IMG/VR virus record: IMGVR_UViG_3300033388_000803
Span: 343 to 64,342 of that record
DNA length: 64,000 nt
Origin: a virus
Taxonomy: Duplodnaviria > Caudoviricetes
Reading direction: 5' to 3' (one strand)
Below, piece after piece: positions 9,809 through 18,454 of the stretch. Position numbers and translations under genes: made by a program. Positions within the stretch are counted from its first letter, which is position 1. Each line of letters begins with the position of its first letter. The notes beneath the pieces are model-generated. The model made no database searches and had not been told where the DNA came from. It saw nothing but the letters and a program-made list of their open reading frames with translations.

Positions 9809-10699
9809 ATGGCTACTATAGATAAACTAAATACTGTATCGATGACTGGTATTAACAAAGTTGATACCATTTCGTTATCTACTATAGAAGAAATTAATAC
9901 TATTGCAGTTCCAGCAGGTTTTACTACAGATTATTCTGTTGAATTAAACGGTACTTCACAATATATTAATTTAGGAGATCAAAGAAATACTTCGTTAAAT
10001 CCATCTCAATCTTCTATTAATAGCACAGGATTTACTTTAACGGCCTGGATATATCTTGATGTTCTTGCATCTCCGACAGATTATATTTATGATTTAGGAA
10101 ATTGTTGTTCTAATAATTACTATGGATTAAAAATGGGGGTTAACGCAAATGGAGCTTTAATATTTCATGTTATGGGATTAAACTCAGGCTTTGCAGGGGC
10201 TGGTAGTAACAACAGAAATACTACAAGAACAGCAAATTCAACTATTTCAGCAGGACAATGGTATCATGTAGCTGCTGTTGTACCATCAGGTAGTATGGGT
10301 TCTACAATGGATAGAAACGATTGGATATTATATATTAATGGCTCTGCTTATAGTGGTACTTATACAAGGTCAGGAAATCAAGGTCTTACATTAACTTACA
10401 ATGGTAATTCAAGTTTAGGGGTTTGGAGAAGAGTAAGCAATGGAAACTTTTTTGATGGAGAGTTAAATAATCTTGCTGTATTTAACACAGCGTTAAATGC
10501 TACAAATATTTCAGCTATTTATAATTCAGGAACACCTATAGATTTAAGCACAAATTCTGGTAACTATAATCAGTCGGCTAACTTAACAGCATGGTGGAGA
10601 TTTAATGAAGGAACTGGCACTTCTTACACTGATAGTTCAGGTAATGGATTTACAGGCTCTGGAGTTAATACACCTACTTGGAGTACAAATACTCCATAA
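9809..10699 (+). CDS. LamG/concanavalin A-like receptor-binding protein
   Basis: FTLTAWIY, GQWYHVAAV, LYING, FDGELNNLAVFNTAL, WWRFNEGTGT motifs. Confidence 0.9.
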   Translation: MATIDKLNTVSMTGINKVDTISLSTIEEINTIAVPAGFTTDYSVELNGTSQYINLGDQRNTSLNPSQSSINSTGFTLTAWIYLDVLASPTDYIYDLGNCCSNNYYGLKMGVNANGALIFHVMGLNSGFAGAGSNNRNTTRTANSTISAGQWYHVAAVVPSGSMGSTMDRNDWILYINGSAYSGTYTRSGNQGLTLTYNGNSSLGVWRRVSNGNFFDGELNNLAVFNTALNATNISAIYNSGTPIDLSTNSGNYNQSANLTAWWRFNEGTGTSYTDSSGNGFTGSGVNTPTWSTNTP

Positions 10700-10721
10700 C
10701 AATTACATAAAAAAACTTTTG

Positions 10722-10729
10722 TATCTTTG
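10722..10729 (+). promoter_or_regulatory. Bacteroidota sigma-A -7 element TATCTTTG
   Basis: Matches TAnnTTTG in intergenic gap upstream of 10762. Confidence 0.65.
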
Positions 10730-10761
10730 TTACTTTAATAACCCTAAATAAATATAATTAA

Positions 10762-11034
10762 ATGGAAGATAATAAGAAAAAACTAACGGAAGAAGAATTA
10801 ACATTACTTCAAGGATTGCAAGCAGAATTCAACACTATAAAAATGAATTTGGGCGATACTATTTTACAACAAAATCAACTTATGGAAAAGGTTGAAGAAG
10901 TTAAAGCAAAGTTTCAGAAAGAAGAAGTTTCTTTAATGCAAAAATATGGTGATAACGCTACAATTAATTTAGAAACTGGAGAGGTTACAGACGCTCCAAA
11001 AGAAGAGGCTGCTGACTTGAAGATAGAAAAATAA
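10762..11034 (+). CDS. small acidic coiled-coil protein (possible fibre chaperone)
   Basis: 90 aa, KYG...INLETGE motif, lies between fibre genes. Confidence 0.7.
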   Translation: MEDNKKKLTEEELTLLQGLQAEFNTIKMNLGDTILQQNQLMEKVEEVKAKFQKEEVSLMQKYGDNATINLETGEVTDAPKEEAADLKIEK

Positions 11035-11046
11035 AAATGCAACCCT

Positions 11047-14000
11047 ATGGCTAAAATAAAAAATACTACTGCCTACCCAACGGTAGCACCTGCTGCAAAT
11101 GATTTAATTATTGGAACAGATGTTAGCGATAACAAAAAGACAGTAACATTTCTAGTTAGCTCAATAGGGGGAGGAGGAGGAGTTCCTCAAGATCTTAATT
11201 CTGTATTAGGAGTAGGAAATACTTCTGCTCTTAATATAGAGTTAAATGGAAACGCCTCTGCATTAGGATCAAGTATATCTGTAATAGATATATTTCCAAC
11301 AACAATTTCAGCTGGAGGATTAGGTTCTCATGGTACAGCAGGTCAAGTATTAAGTTCTACAGGAACTGGATTGGCTTGGATTGCAGCACCAGGAACAACG
11401 CAGTCTTGGAATGACACATTAGCGGTAAGCCCAGTAGCTACAGCAAATCCAAACTTAACAGGAACATTTACAATTCAAACAGGCGGTGGATTATCTTTAT
11501 TAGGTAATTCAACTTTATCTGTTAGTGGTACCTCTATATTTTATAGCAATGTAACTTTAAGTGATGGTGTAAATTTAAAAGTTAGTGATCAGTCACAAAT
11601 AGGTATAGATGATGGAACAGGAACTTATGTGTATGGTACTCCTGGACAGTTTTTAAGTGCAACGGCTAATGGTTTGGCTTGGAGTAGTGCAGGAACACTT
11701 ACAACTCCAACCTTACAACAAGTTGTAACTGCTGGTAATACTTTATTAAATAGCAGTATAGTTTTTACAGGAACTGGTGGAATTACATTAAGTGGAACCA
11801 ACACAATAACAGGACAAGGAGTTATAAATTTTAATGGTAATGGAACTCCAACATCCTCAGCAACACAAGGAAGATTAATAATAAGTCAAGGGTCAATAAC
11901 CTTGTCTGGAGCTAATAGTCAAATATTATTGGCAGGTAACCCTGGTGCAGCAGGACAAGTGTTAACATCAAACGGGCCTTTTATTACTCCAACATGGCAA
12001 GCTGGATCTGGTGGTGGAAGCTCTAATTTGCAACAAGTATTAGACAACGGCAATACAGCAACACAAAACATAAACTTAACAGGAGATATAAATTTAGCTG
12101 CTGGAGGATTAAAATTAGCAGCAAATGCATTTATAGAGTTAAATACAGATAGAGGAACATTAGGTCAGGTGTTAATTTCAGGAGGGCCAGCAGGTTTTCC
12201 TACATGGGCAAGTGCAGGTACAGGAACCGTAACGGCTGTAAACGCATCTGACACAACATATATAGATATGTCTGTAGATGCTACAGCTCCAGCCACACCA
12301 ATAGTTTCATCTCAATTAATAACAACAGGAACAGTTGTAACAGGCCCAGGAGGATTAACACAAGCATTTTATGATGATGATACAACAGGAACAAATTATA
12401 CTGTTCAGCAGGGTCTAACTACAACAGCAACTATAGGAAGTGGTTCAGGTATTATAGTGTCCATAAATTCAACATCAGGAGGTAATGTGGTTTTATCTGA
12501 TTTATCATTTGTTTCTGGTGGATCAGGATATGCATCAGGAGATAAATTTAGAGTAAATCAAACAGGGTCAGATAATAATTTAATTATAGAAGTTGATACT
12601 ATAGCTAGTGGAACATATTATGACCAGACGGGTAAGTTTTCATCACCTTCTGGTAATGACTGGGATTTAGCTGTAACTAATGCAGGGAACTTAATAACTG
12701 TAACAAATTCAGATGGTGCTCGTTCTAGCTCATTTACCTTACAAGGTTCGGGTGGTGCTGTGTTTACTAACGCAGGAAGTAATAATATAGAGCTAAACTT
12801 TACTGGCTCAGGTACGGGTACAGTACAAAGTATTAGCTTAACAGATTCAACTGGGTCGGCAGGTACAGCAATTACCTCTTCTGGTACATTTACTTTTGCT
12901 GAACAAGCGGCCAATGGTACATATTTAAGAACAACATCTGCGGTAAGTGGAACATCAATAACTTTATCAACTGAAACACCAACTATTCAGGTAGTAGCTA
13001 CAAAAGGCGGTACATTACTTGATACGCCTTTAACTATTCAAAACTCAAACGGAACAACAAACAATTCATTTGTATTAGGAACAACAGCTGCACCATCGGT
13101 AGCTACAGCAGGACAGGTTCTTGCCTTTAATAGTGCTAATGGTGGTTATATGGAATGGGTCGCACAAGCAGGAGGAGGTAATATGACTTCTTGGAATATT
13201 GATGCAGACACAGGTGGGCCTGGAACAGTTTCTGATGGAGAGACTGTAAACATCGTAGGAGGAAATGGAATAAGCACAGTAAGCACTCCAGGAACTAGAA
13301 CAATATCTATTGGCAACACAGGTGTTCTTCAAGTAAATTCATTTGCTGGTAACATTACATTAAATGGTAATGCAAATTCAACAGTTGGTTCAAAAGCAGT
13401 ATTAACTGCTAATATAACTGCGGCAGGTACAGGATATGTTGCTAATAATTACTATCCAACTACTAAAGTTACTTCAAGTATCGGAACAGCTACTGGTGTA
13501 ATAATAAGAGTTACGAGTGTGGGTGGATCAGGAAATATAACAGGTATACAGGTTTATGGTGGAGGTAAAGATTGGACTGTAGGTGATACTTTTACAGTTG
13601 ATTTTGGAACCACTTTAGCTACATTAACTGTTGCTTCAGTCGGAGCAAATGGAACAGTAACAACTACAACTTGGAGAGGATTGTCGGGAACAGATTCAAA
13701 TAAACAAACTGGATATATAGCTAATACGGTTTCTAGGTTTGAATCTATACAATCTGCATATAGTAGTAAAATAGTAGAATATATTGCTACTGGTACTGAA
13801 GCAGATTTTACAGCGGATGGATATTTCTTAGCACTCAATACAACAGTATTCAATCCTCAAGACGGATATAATTTATATTGTGCAAAAGACATTGGTATTA
13901 AAACAACAAAAAATAATGCTAACATAAAGTTTGGTACGTCATCAGGTACATGGGATTATACAAATGCACAAAACACAATAGCAATAGGAGATGATGCAGG

Positions 14001-15018
14001 AGACGCTATTACAACTGGTGATGATAATATATTTATTGGGCGTCAAGCAGGTGCAGGAATAACCACAACTGATGATAATATAGGAATAGGAGCCTTAGCA
14101 GGAAATAGAGCTGGTTTGCAACAATATTCAATTTGGATAGGAGATTCGGCAGGTACTTATGCACTTACAGGTAATGATATATGTATAGGGAAATCAGCTG
14201 GAACATATTTATCTAATGATACAGATGATCCAGCAGTTCAACAATTTACAGGTAGAATTGCTATTGGTCAACTTGCTATGGCGGGGCCGTCATCACCAAG
14301 ACAGTTTAACCCATTCGAGGTTGCTATTGGTGATCAAGCATCTACACTACAAAACACAACACTTACAACGTCTTCTGGACAGGGTGTATATATAGGTGCT
14401 AATGCAGGTAGAGGCCCATTTTCATCTGGAAAGTCAGCTGTTGAAAGTGGTTTTCATGTAGCTTTGGGTGCTAGCTCTATGTATTATGGAGGGACTGCTA
14501 GGGAAGGTCAGATAGCTATAGGTTATAAAGCGTCTATAGGTCATCAAAGTATAGTTACAGAAACCTACAACACATCAATATATGGTATTGCTATTGGTTA
14601 CGAGTCCGAAGGAATAGCTGCTGTTTATAGTCTAATTACAAGATCTGGTGAAGGAAACATAGCGATAGGTTATCAAGCCGCAGGAACAAATGGTTCTGTA
14701 ATAGAAGGAGGTACCATTGCAATAGGTACAGCAGCATCAGCACAAGGACAGAACTCGATAGCTATTGGTAAAGATTCAGATGCTTCTTCAGGAACAGGAG
14801 TTAATAATTCTATAGCTATAGGTTTTGGGGCTCAAGCAACATTTGCAAATTCAGTAGCAATAGGGCCAAACGCAACAACAGCAGCAGTTAACACTATAGC
14901 TTTTGGATCTTCTACAGAGAACTTAGGTGTAGTCACAACCTCTGCATCAACACCATCAACACACAAATGGCCAGTTAGAATAAATGGCGTTAACTATAAT
15001 ATATTATTGACAACCTAA
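11047..15018 (+). CDS. long tail fibre/adhesin with YadA-head-like repeats
   Basis: LQQV..GNT repeats, G.AGQVL.S motifs, C-terminal NSIAIG/NTIAIG repeats. Confidence 0.85.
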   Translation: MAKIKNTTAYPTVAPAANDLIIGTDVSDNKKTVTFLVSSIGGGGGVPQDLNSVLGVGNTSALNIELNGNASALGSSISVIDIFPTTISAGGLGSHGTAGQVLSSTGTGLAWIAAPGTTQSWNDTLAVSPVATANPNLTGTFTIQTGGGLSLLGNSTLSVSGTSIFYSNVTLSDGVNLKVSDQSQIGIDDGTGTYVYGTPGQFLSATANGLAWSSAGTLTTPTLQQVVTAGNTLLNSSIVFTGTGGITLSGTNTITGQGVINFNGNGTPTSSATQGRLIISQGSITLSGANSQILLAGNPGAAGQVLTSNGPFITPTWQAGSGGGSSNLQQVLDNGNTATQNINLTGDINLAAGGLKLAANAFIELNTDRGTLGQVLISGGPAGFPTWASAGTGTVTAVNASDTTYIDMSVDATAPATPIVSSQLITTGTVVTGPGGLTQAFYDDDTTGTNYTVQQGLTTTATIGSGSGIIVSINSTSGGNVVLSDLSFVSGGSGYASGDKFRVNQTGSDNNLIIEVDTIASGTYYDQTGKFSSPSGNDWDLAVTNAGNLITVTNSDGARSSSFTLQGSGGAVFTNAGSNNIELNFTGSGTGTVQSISLTDSTGSAGTAITSSGTFTFAEQAANGTYLRTTSAVSGTSITLSTETPTIQVVATKGGTLLDTPLTIQNSNGTTNNSFVLGTTAAPSVATAGQVLAFNSANGGYMEWVAQAGGGNMTSWNIDADTGGPGTVSDGETVNIVGGNGISTVSTPGTRTISIGNTGVLQVNSFAGNITLNGNANSTVGSKAVLTANITAAGTGYVANNYYPTTKVTSSIGTATGVIIRVTSVGGSGNITGIQVYGGGKDWTVGDTFTVDFGTTLATLTVASVGANGTVTTTTWRGLSGTDSNKQTGYIANTVSRFESIQSAYSSKIVEYIATGTEADFTADGYFLALNTTVFNPQDGYNLYCAKDIGIKTTKNNANIKFGTSSGTWDYTNAQNTIAIGDDAGDAITTGDDNIFIGRQAGAGITTTDDNIGIGALAGNRAGLQQYSIWIGDSAGTYALTGNDICIGKSAGTYLSNDTDDPAVQQFTGRIAIGQLAMAGPSSPRQFNPFEVAIGDQASTLQNTTLTTSSGQGVYIGANAGRGPFSSGKSAVESGFHVALGASSMYYGGTAREGQIAIGYKASIGHQSIVTETYNTSIYGIAIGYESEGIAAVYSLITRSGEGNIAIGYQAAGTNGSVIEGGTIAIGTAASAQGQNSIAIGKDSDASSGTGVNNSIAIGFGAQATFANSVAIGPNATTAAVNTIAFGSSTENLGVVTTSASTPSTHKWPVRINGVNYNILLTT

Positions 15019-15027
15019 TTAAATTAA

Positions 15028-15162
15028 ATGAGAGTAGAATTAAATGAAGAATCTATTAAACATATAAATCGACTATTACAATCACTTCCAATAAGTACAC
15101 TACATATTGTTGAAGAAATCACAAAGGAGATTAATAAAGGTTTAGTAGAAGAAAAAAAATAA
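15028..15162 (+). CDS. 44 aa hypothetical (not in ORF track)
   Basis: MRVELNEESIKHINRLLQSLPISTLHIVEEITKEINKGLVEEKK*. Confidence 0.65.
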   Translation: MRVELNEESIKHINRLLQSLPISTLHIVEEITKEINKGLVEEKK

Positions 15163-15168
15163 AATAAA

Positions 15169-15393
15169 ATGGATATTAGAAAAATTTCAGTTGGTTCTGA
15201 TTATAAATCAGGATCTATGCACTATATAGTAAATCAACCCGTATTAGGTGGAGACTATAAAATACATTTAATACAAGCTAACGAAAAGACGCAGTCATAT
15301 AAACTTTGGGTTATTAAAGATCAAGAAGTTTTAATATGGAAAGAGTTTTTGTATACGCTTCCAATAACTTTAGAATACAACATAAACTTTTAA
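15169..15393 (+). CDS. conserved hypothetical phage protein
   Basis: IRKISVG.DYK...MHY.V.Q.V motif; coupled to next gene. Confidence 0.75.
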   Translation: MDIRKISVGSDYKSGSMHYIVNQPVLGGDYKIHLIQANEKTQSYKLWVIKDQEVLIWKEFLYTLPITLEYNINF

Positions 15394-15962
15394 TGAGGTC
15401 GGTGCACTCGTTTATTGTAGAGCCTGTAAACAACAGGAGATATGATAATATAAAAGAATTTGGTGACACACAGTTTATAACTAGCGTATCTGAAGAAGAT
15501 CATAAAGCATCTAATCGATTTGGAATAGTAAAAGAACTGCCTTTAAATTATAAGGGTGAAGTCCAAAAAGGTGACACTCTTTTAGTTCATCACAATGTAT
15601 TTAAGTTTTATAATGATATGTATGGTAGACGTAAAAGCGGTAGAAGTTTTTTTAAAGATAATTTATTTTTTGTAGAGCACGATCAGTTTTTTTTATTTAA
15701 AAATAAAGATGGATGGAAGTCTCATGGTAAGTATTGTTTTATAAAACCTCTGTTAGCAAAAAAAGCATTTTTAGAAAAGGGTGCTAAATACGAAAGACTA
15801 CAAGGAACTATAAAATATATCAACGAAGAATTAATATCTTTAGGTTTTTCAGTTGGAGATGTTGTTATATATCAACCTGAAAGCGAATATGAATTTACTG
15901 TAGATGGTGAATTGCTTTATCGAATGTTTACTAATAATTTAACAACTATACTAAATGAATAA
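15393..15962 (+). CDS. tandem GroES-like-fold protein
   Basis: Likely start ATG 15393 (TAATG); two FIV.P...G.V....V..GD.V units resembling the GroES barrel. Confidence 0.6.
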   Translation: MRSVHSFIVEPVNNRRYDNIKEFGDTQFITSVSEEDHKASNRFGIVKELPLNYKGEVQKGDTLLVHHNVFKFYNDMYGRRKSGRSFFKDNLFFVEHDQFFLFKNKDGWKSHGKYCFIKPLLAKKAFLEKGAKYERLQGTIKYINEELISLGFSVGDVVIYQPESEYEFTVDGELLYRMFTNNLTTILNE

Positions 15963-16230
15963 AGAATTAAAGTTACAAATAATAGAAGCTGGAGAAAAGG
16001 CCGTAAAACAATTAGTTAAGGTGGCTAAAGAAGATATTATTAAGTTTGATGCCGAGGATGAATTAGCCGCTGATAGATTAAAAAATGCCGCTGCCACTAA
16101 AAAACTTTGTATTATGGATGCATTTGAAATAGTAAAAAAAATAGAAGAAGAAAGAAACCTACTTGAAGGAATAACAACAGAAACAAAAAACACAACACCT
16201 AAAGGATTTGCAGAATCACGATCAAAATAG
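15955..16230 (+). CDS. putative terminase small subunit
   Basis: 91 aa helical protein immediately upstream of and overlapping TerL. Confidence 0.55.
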   Translation: MNKELKLQIIEAGEKAVKQLVKVAKEDIIKFDAEDELAADRLKNAAATKKLCIMDAFEIVKKIEEERNLLEGITTETKNTTPKGFAESRSK

Positions 16231-18454
16231 TATTTACAGGGTATTAAAAAACTACATCCCTAAAAATGTTATTGCTAATAAAAACAGAGCAAAAACATGG
16301 CTGTATGGATATAATGAAAAATACGATGTAATTATTATTTCTAAAGATGGAACTCTTGGTGAGGTGTATGAAGTTAGTAATATTAAAATAGGATTACCTA
16401 AGGCTCCTGTAAAATTTATTAATGATAAAGAAAAAAAAGAAGATCAAACTTGGGAGGTAACTCTAATACCTAAAATATTAAAAAGAATACAAACTATTTT
16501 TCAATGGCATGAAGCACCTCCACACTTTAAATCAGAGTGGGTTGATTATATAGAAAGCGAATTTGATAAAAGAGAGCAAGGGCATTGGTTTAAAAATAAC
16601 GGAATTCCTACTTACATTACAGGAACACACTATATGTATTTACAGTGGACTAAGATTGATGTTGGAAACCCAGACTTTAGAGAAGCAAACAGAATTTTTT
16701 ATTTATTCTGGGAAGCCTGTAAGGCAGACAAAAGAAGTTTTGGAATGTGTTATTTGAAAATAAGACGGTCAGGGTTTTCGTTTATGAGTTCTTCTGAAGG
16801 TGTTAATCAGGCGACAATAACAAGAGATGCTCGTATAGGTATACTATCTAAAACAGGAGCTGATGCTAAAAAAATGTTTACCGATAAAGTAGTTCCAATA
16901 TCTAACAATTACCCGTTCTTTTTTAAACCCATACAAGATGGTATGGACAAACCAAAAACAGAATTGGCTTATAGAGTTCCTGCATCTAAGATAACTAAAA
17001 AAAATATGTATGACATTGGTGTTGAGGAGCTTGACGGATTAGACACAACAATAGATTGGAAGAATACATCAGACAACTCTTATGATGGTGAAAAATTACA
17101 ATACTTATTACATGATGAAAGTGGTAAGTGGGAAAGGCCTGAAAACATTTTAAACAACTGGAGAGTAACTAAGACTTGTTTAAGGCTTGGTAGTAAAGTT
17201 ATTGGAAAATGTATGATGGGTTCAACATCAAACGCATTGGACAAGGGTGGTGAAAACTTTAAAAAATTATTTGAAGATTCTGATGGTGGAAAAAGAAATC
17301 AGAACGGACAAACTAAGTCAGGATTATATAATTTATTTATTCCAATGGAGTGGAATTTTGAAGGGTATATAGATAAGTATGGAATGCCTGTTTTACATTC
17401 TCCTGACAAACCTGTTCTTGGTATTGACGGAGAATACATTACAACTGGTGCTATTGATTATTGGGAAAACGAGGTGTCATCTTTATCAAATGATCCTGAT
17501 GCATTAAATGAATTTTACAGACAATTTCCACGAACTGAATCTCATGCCTTTAGAGATGAGTCAAAACAATCACTGTTTAATTTAACAAAAATTTACCAAC
17601 AAATTGATTATAATGATTCATTAATGTTAGGTCAGCATATTACTCGAGGATCTTTTTCTTGGCAAGACGGTGTAAAGGATACTAAGGTTATTTTTAGCCC
17701 AAACAAAAGTGGTAGATTTTTAGTATCTTGGACTCCAGGAGTCGGTTTACAAAATAGAGTAATTGTTCGTAATGGTATTAGGTATCCAGCCAACGAGCAC
17801 CTAGGATCTTTTGGTTGTGACTCTTATGATATTTCTGGAGTAGTTGTTGGTAAAGGTTCTAATGGAGCTTTGCATGGATTAACAAAGTTTAATATGGATG
17901 ACGCTCCTTCTAATACATTTTTTTTAGAATACATAGCCAGACCACAAACGGCTGAAATATTTTTTGAAGAAGTTTTAATGGCTTGTGTTTTTTATGGAAT
18001 GCCTATATTATGTGAAAACAACAAACCAAGATTATTGTATCATTTTAAAAACAGAGGATATAGAGGTTATAGTATGAATAGACCAGATAAAAGATTTAAC
18101 AAATTATCAAAAACAGAAAGAGAGTTAGGCGGCATACCTAACACTTCAGAAGACGTAAAGCAATCTCATGCAGCTGCAATTGAATCTTATATAGAAAAGT
18201 ATATAGGTTTTGATTTTGAAGGTCATTACAGAGATTCTGAAACCATAGGAGATATGCCATTTCAAAAAACTTTAATAGACTGGGCAAAGTTTGATATTAG
18301 TAAAAGAACAAAGTTTGATGCTGCTATTAGTTCTGGTTTAGCTATCATGGCTAATCAGAAGCACTTATACACACCATCTAAACAAAAATCAAAAATAAGT
18401 ATTAACTTTGCACGATATAACAACAAGAATTCCTTGAGTCAAATAATAAGATAA
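16208..18454 (+). CDS. terL: terminase large subunit
   Basis: Walker A-like KIRRSGFS, Walker B LLHDESGK, RNase H-like nuclease GCDSYD and C-terminal FDAAISSG; TTG start. Confidence 0.92.
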   Translation: MQNHDQNSIYRVLKNYIPKNVIANKNRAKTWLYGYNEKYDVIIISKDGTLGEVYEVSNIKIGLPKAPVKFINDKEKKEDQTWEVTLIPKILKRIQTIFQWHEAPPHFKSEWVDYIESEFDKREQGHWFKNNGIPTYITGTHYMYLQWTKIDVGNPDFREANRIFYLFWEACKADKRSFGMCYLKIRRSGFSFMSSSEGVNQATITRDARIGILSKTGADAKKMFTDKVVPISNNYPFFFKPIQDGMDKPKTELAYRVPASKITKKNMYDIGVEELDGLDTTIDWKNTSDNSYDGEKLQYLLHDESGKWERPENILNNWRVTKTCLRLGSKVIGKCMMGSTSNALDKGGENFKKLFEDSDGGKRNQNGQTKSGLYNLFIPMEWNFEGYIDKYGMPVLHSPDKPVLGIDGEYITTGAIDYWENEVSSLSNDPDALNEFYRQFPRTESHAFRDESKQSLFNLTKIYQQIDYNDSLMLGQHITRGSFSWQDGVKDTKVIFSPNKSGRFLVSWTPGVGLQNRVIVRNGIRYPANEHLGSFGCDSYDISGVVVGKGSNGALHGLTKFNMDDAPSNTFFLEYIARPQTAEIFFEEVLMACVFYGMPILCENNKPRLLYHFKNRGYRGYSMNRPDKRFNKLSKTERELGGIPNTSEDVKQSHAAAIESYIEKYIGFDFEGHYRDSETIGDMPFQKTLIDWAKFDISKRTKFDAAISSGLAIMANQKHLYTPSKQKSKISINFARYNNKNSLSQIIR

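Noticed and set aside
4551-15018. Diversity-generating retroelement or invertible fibre cassette
   Set aside because: No reverse transcriptase, invertase or adenine-specific TR/VR pair seen.
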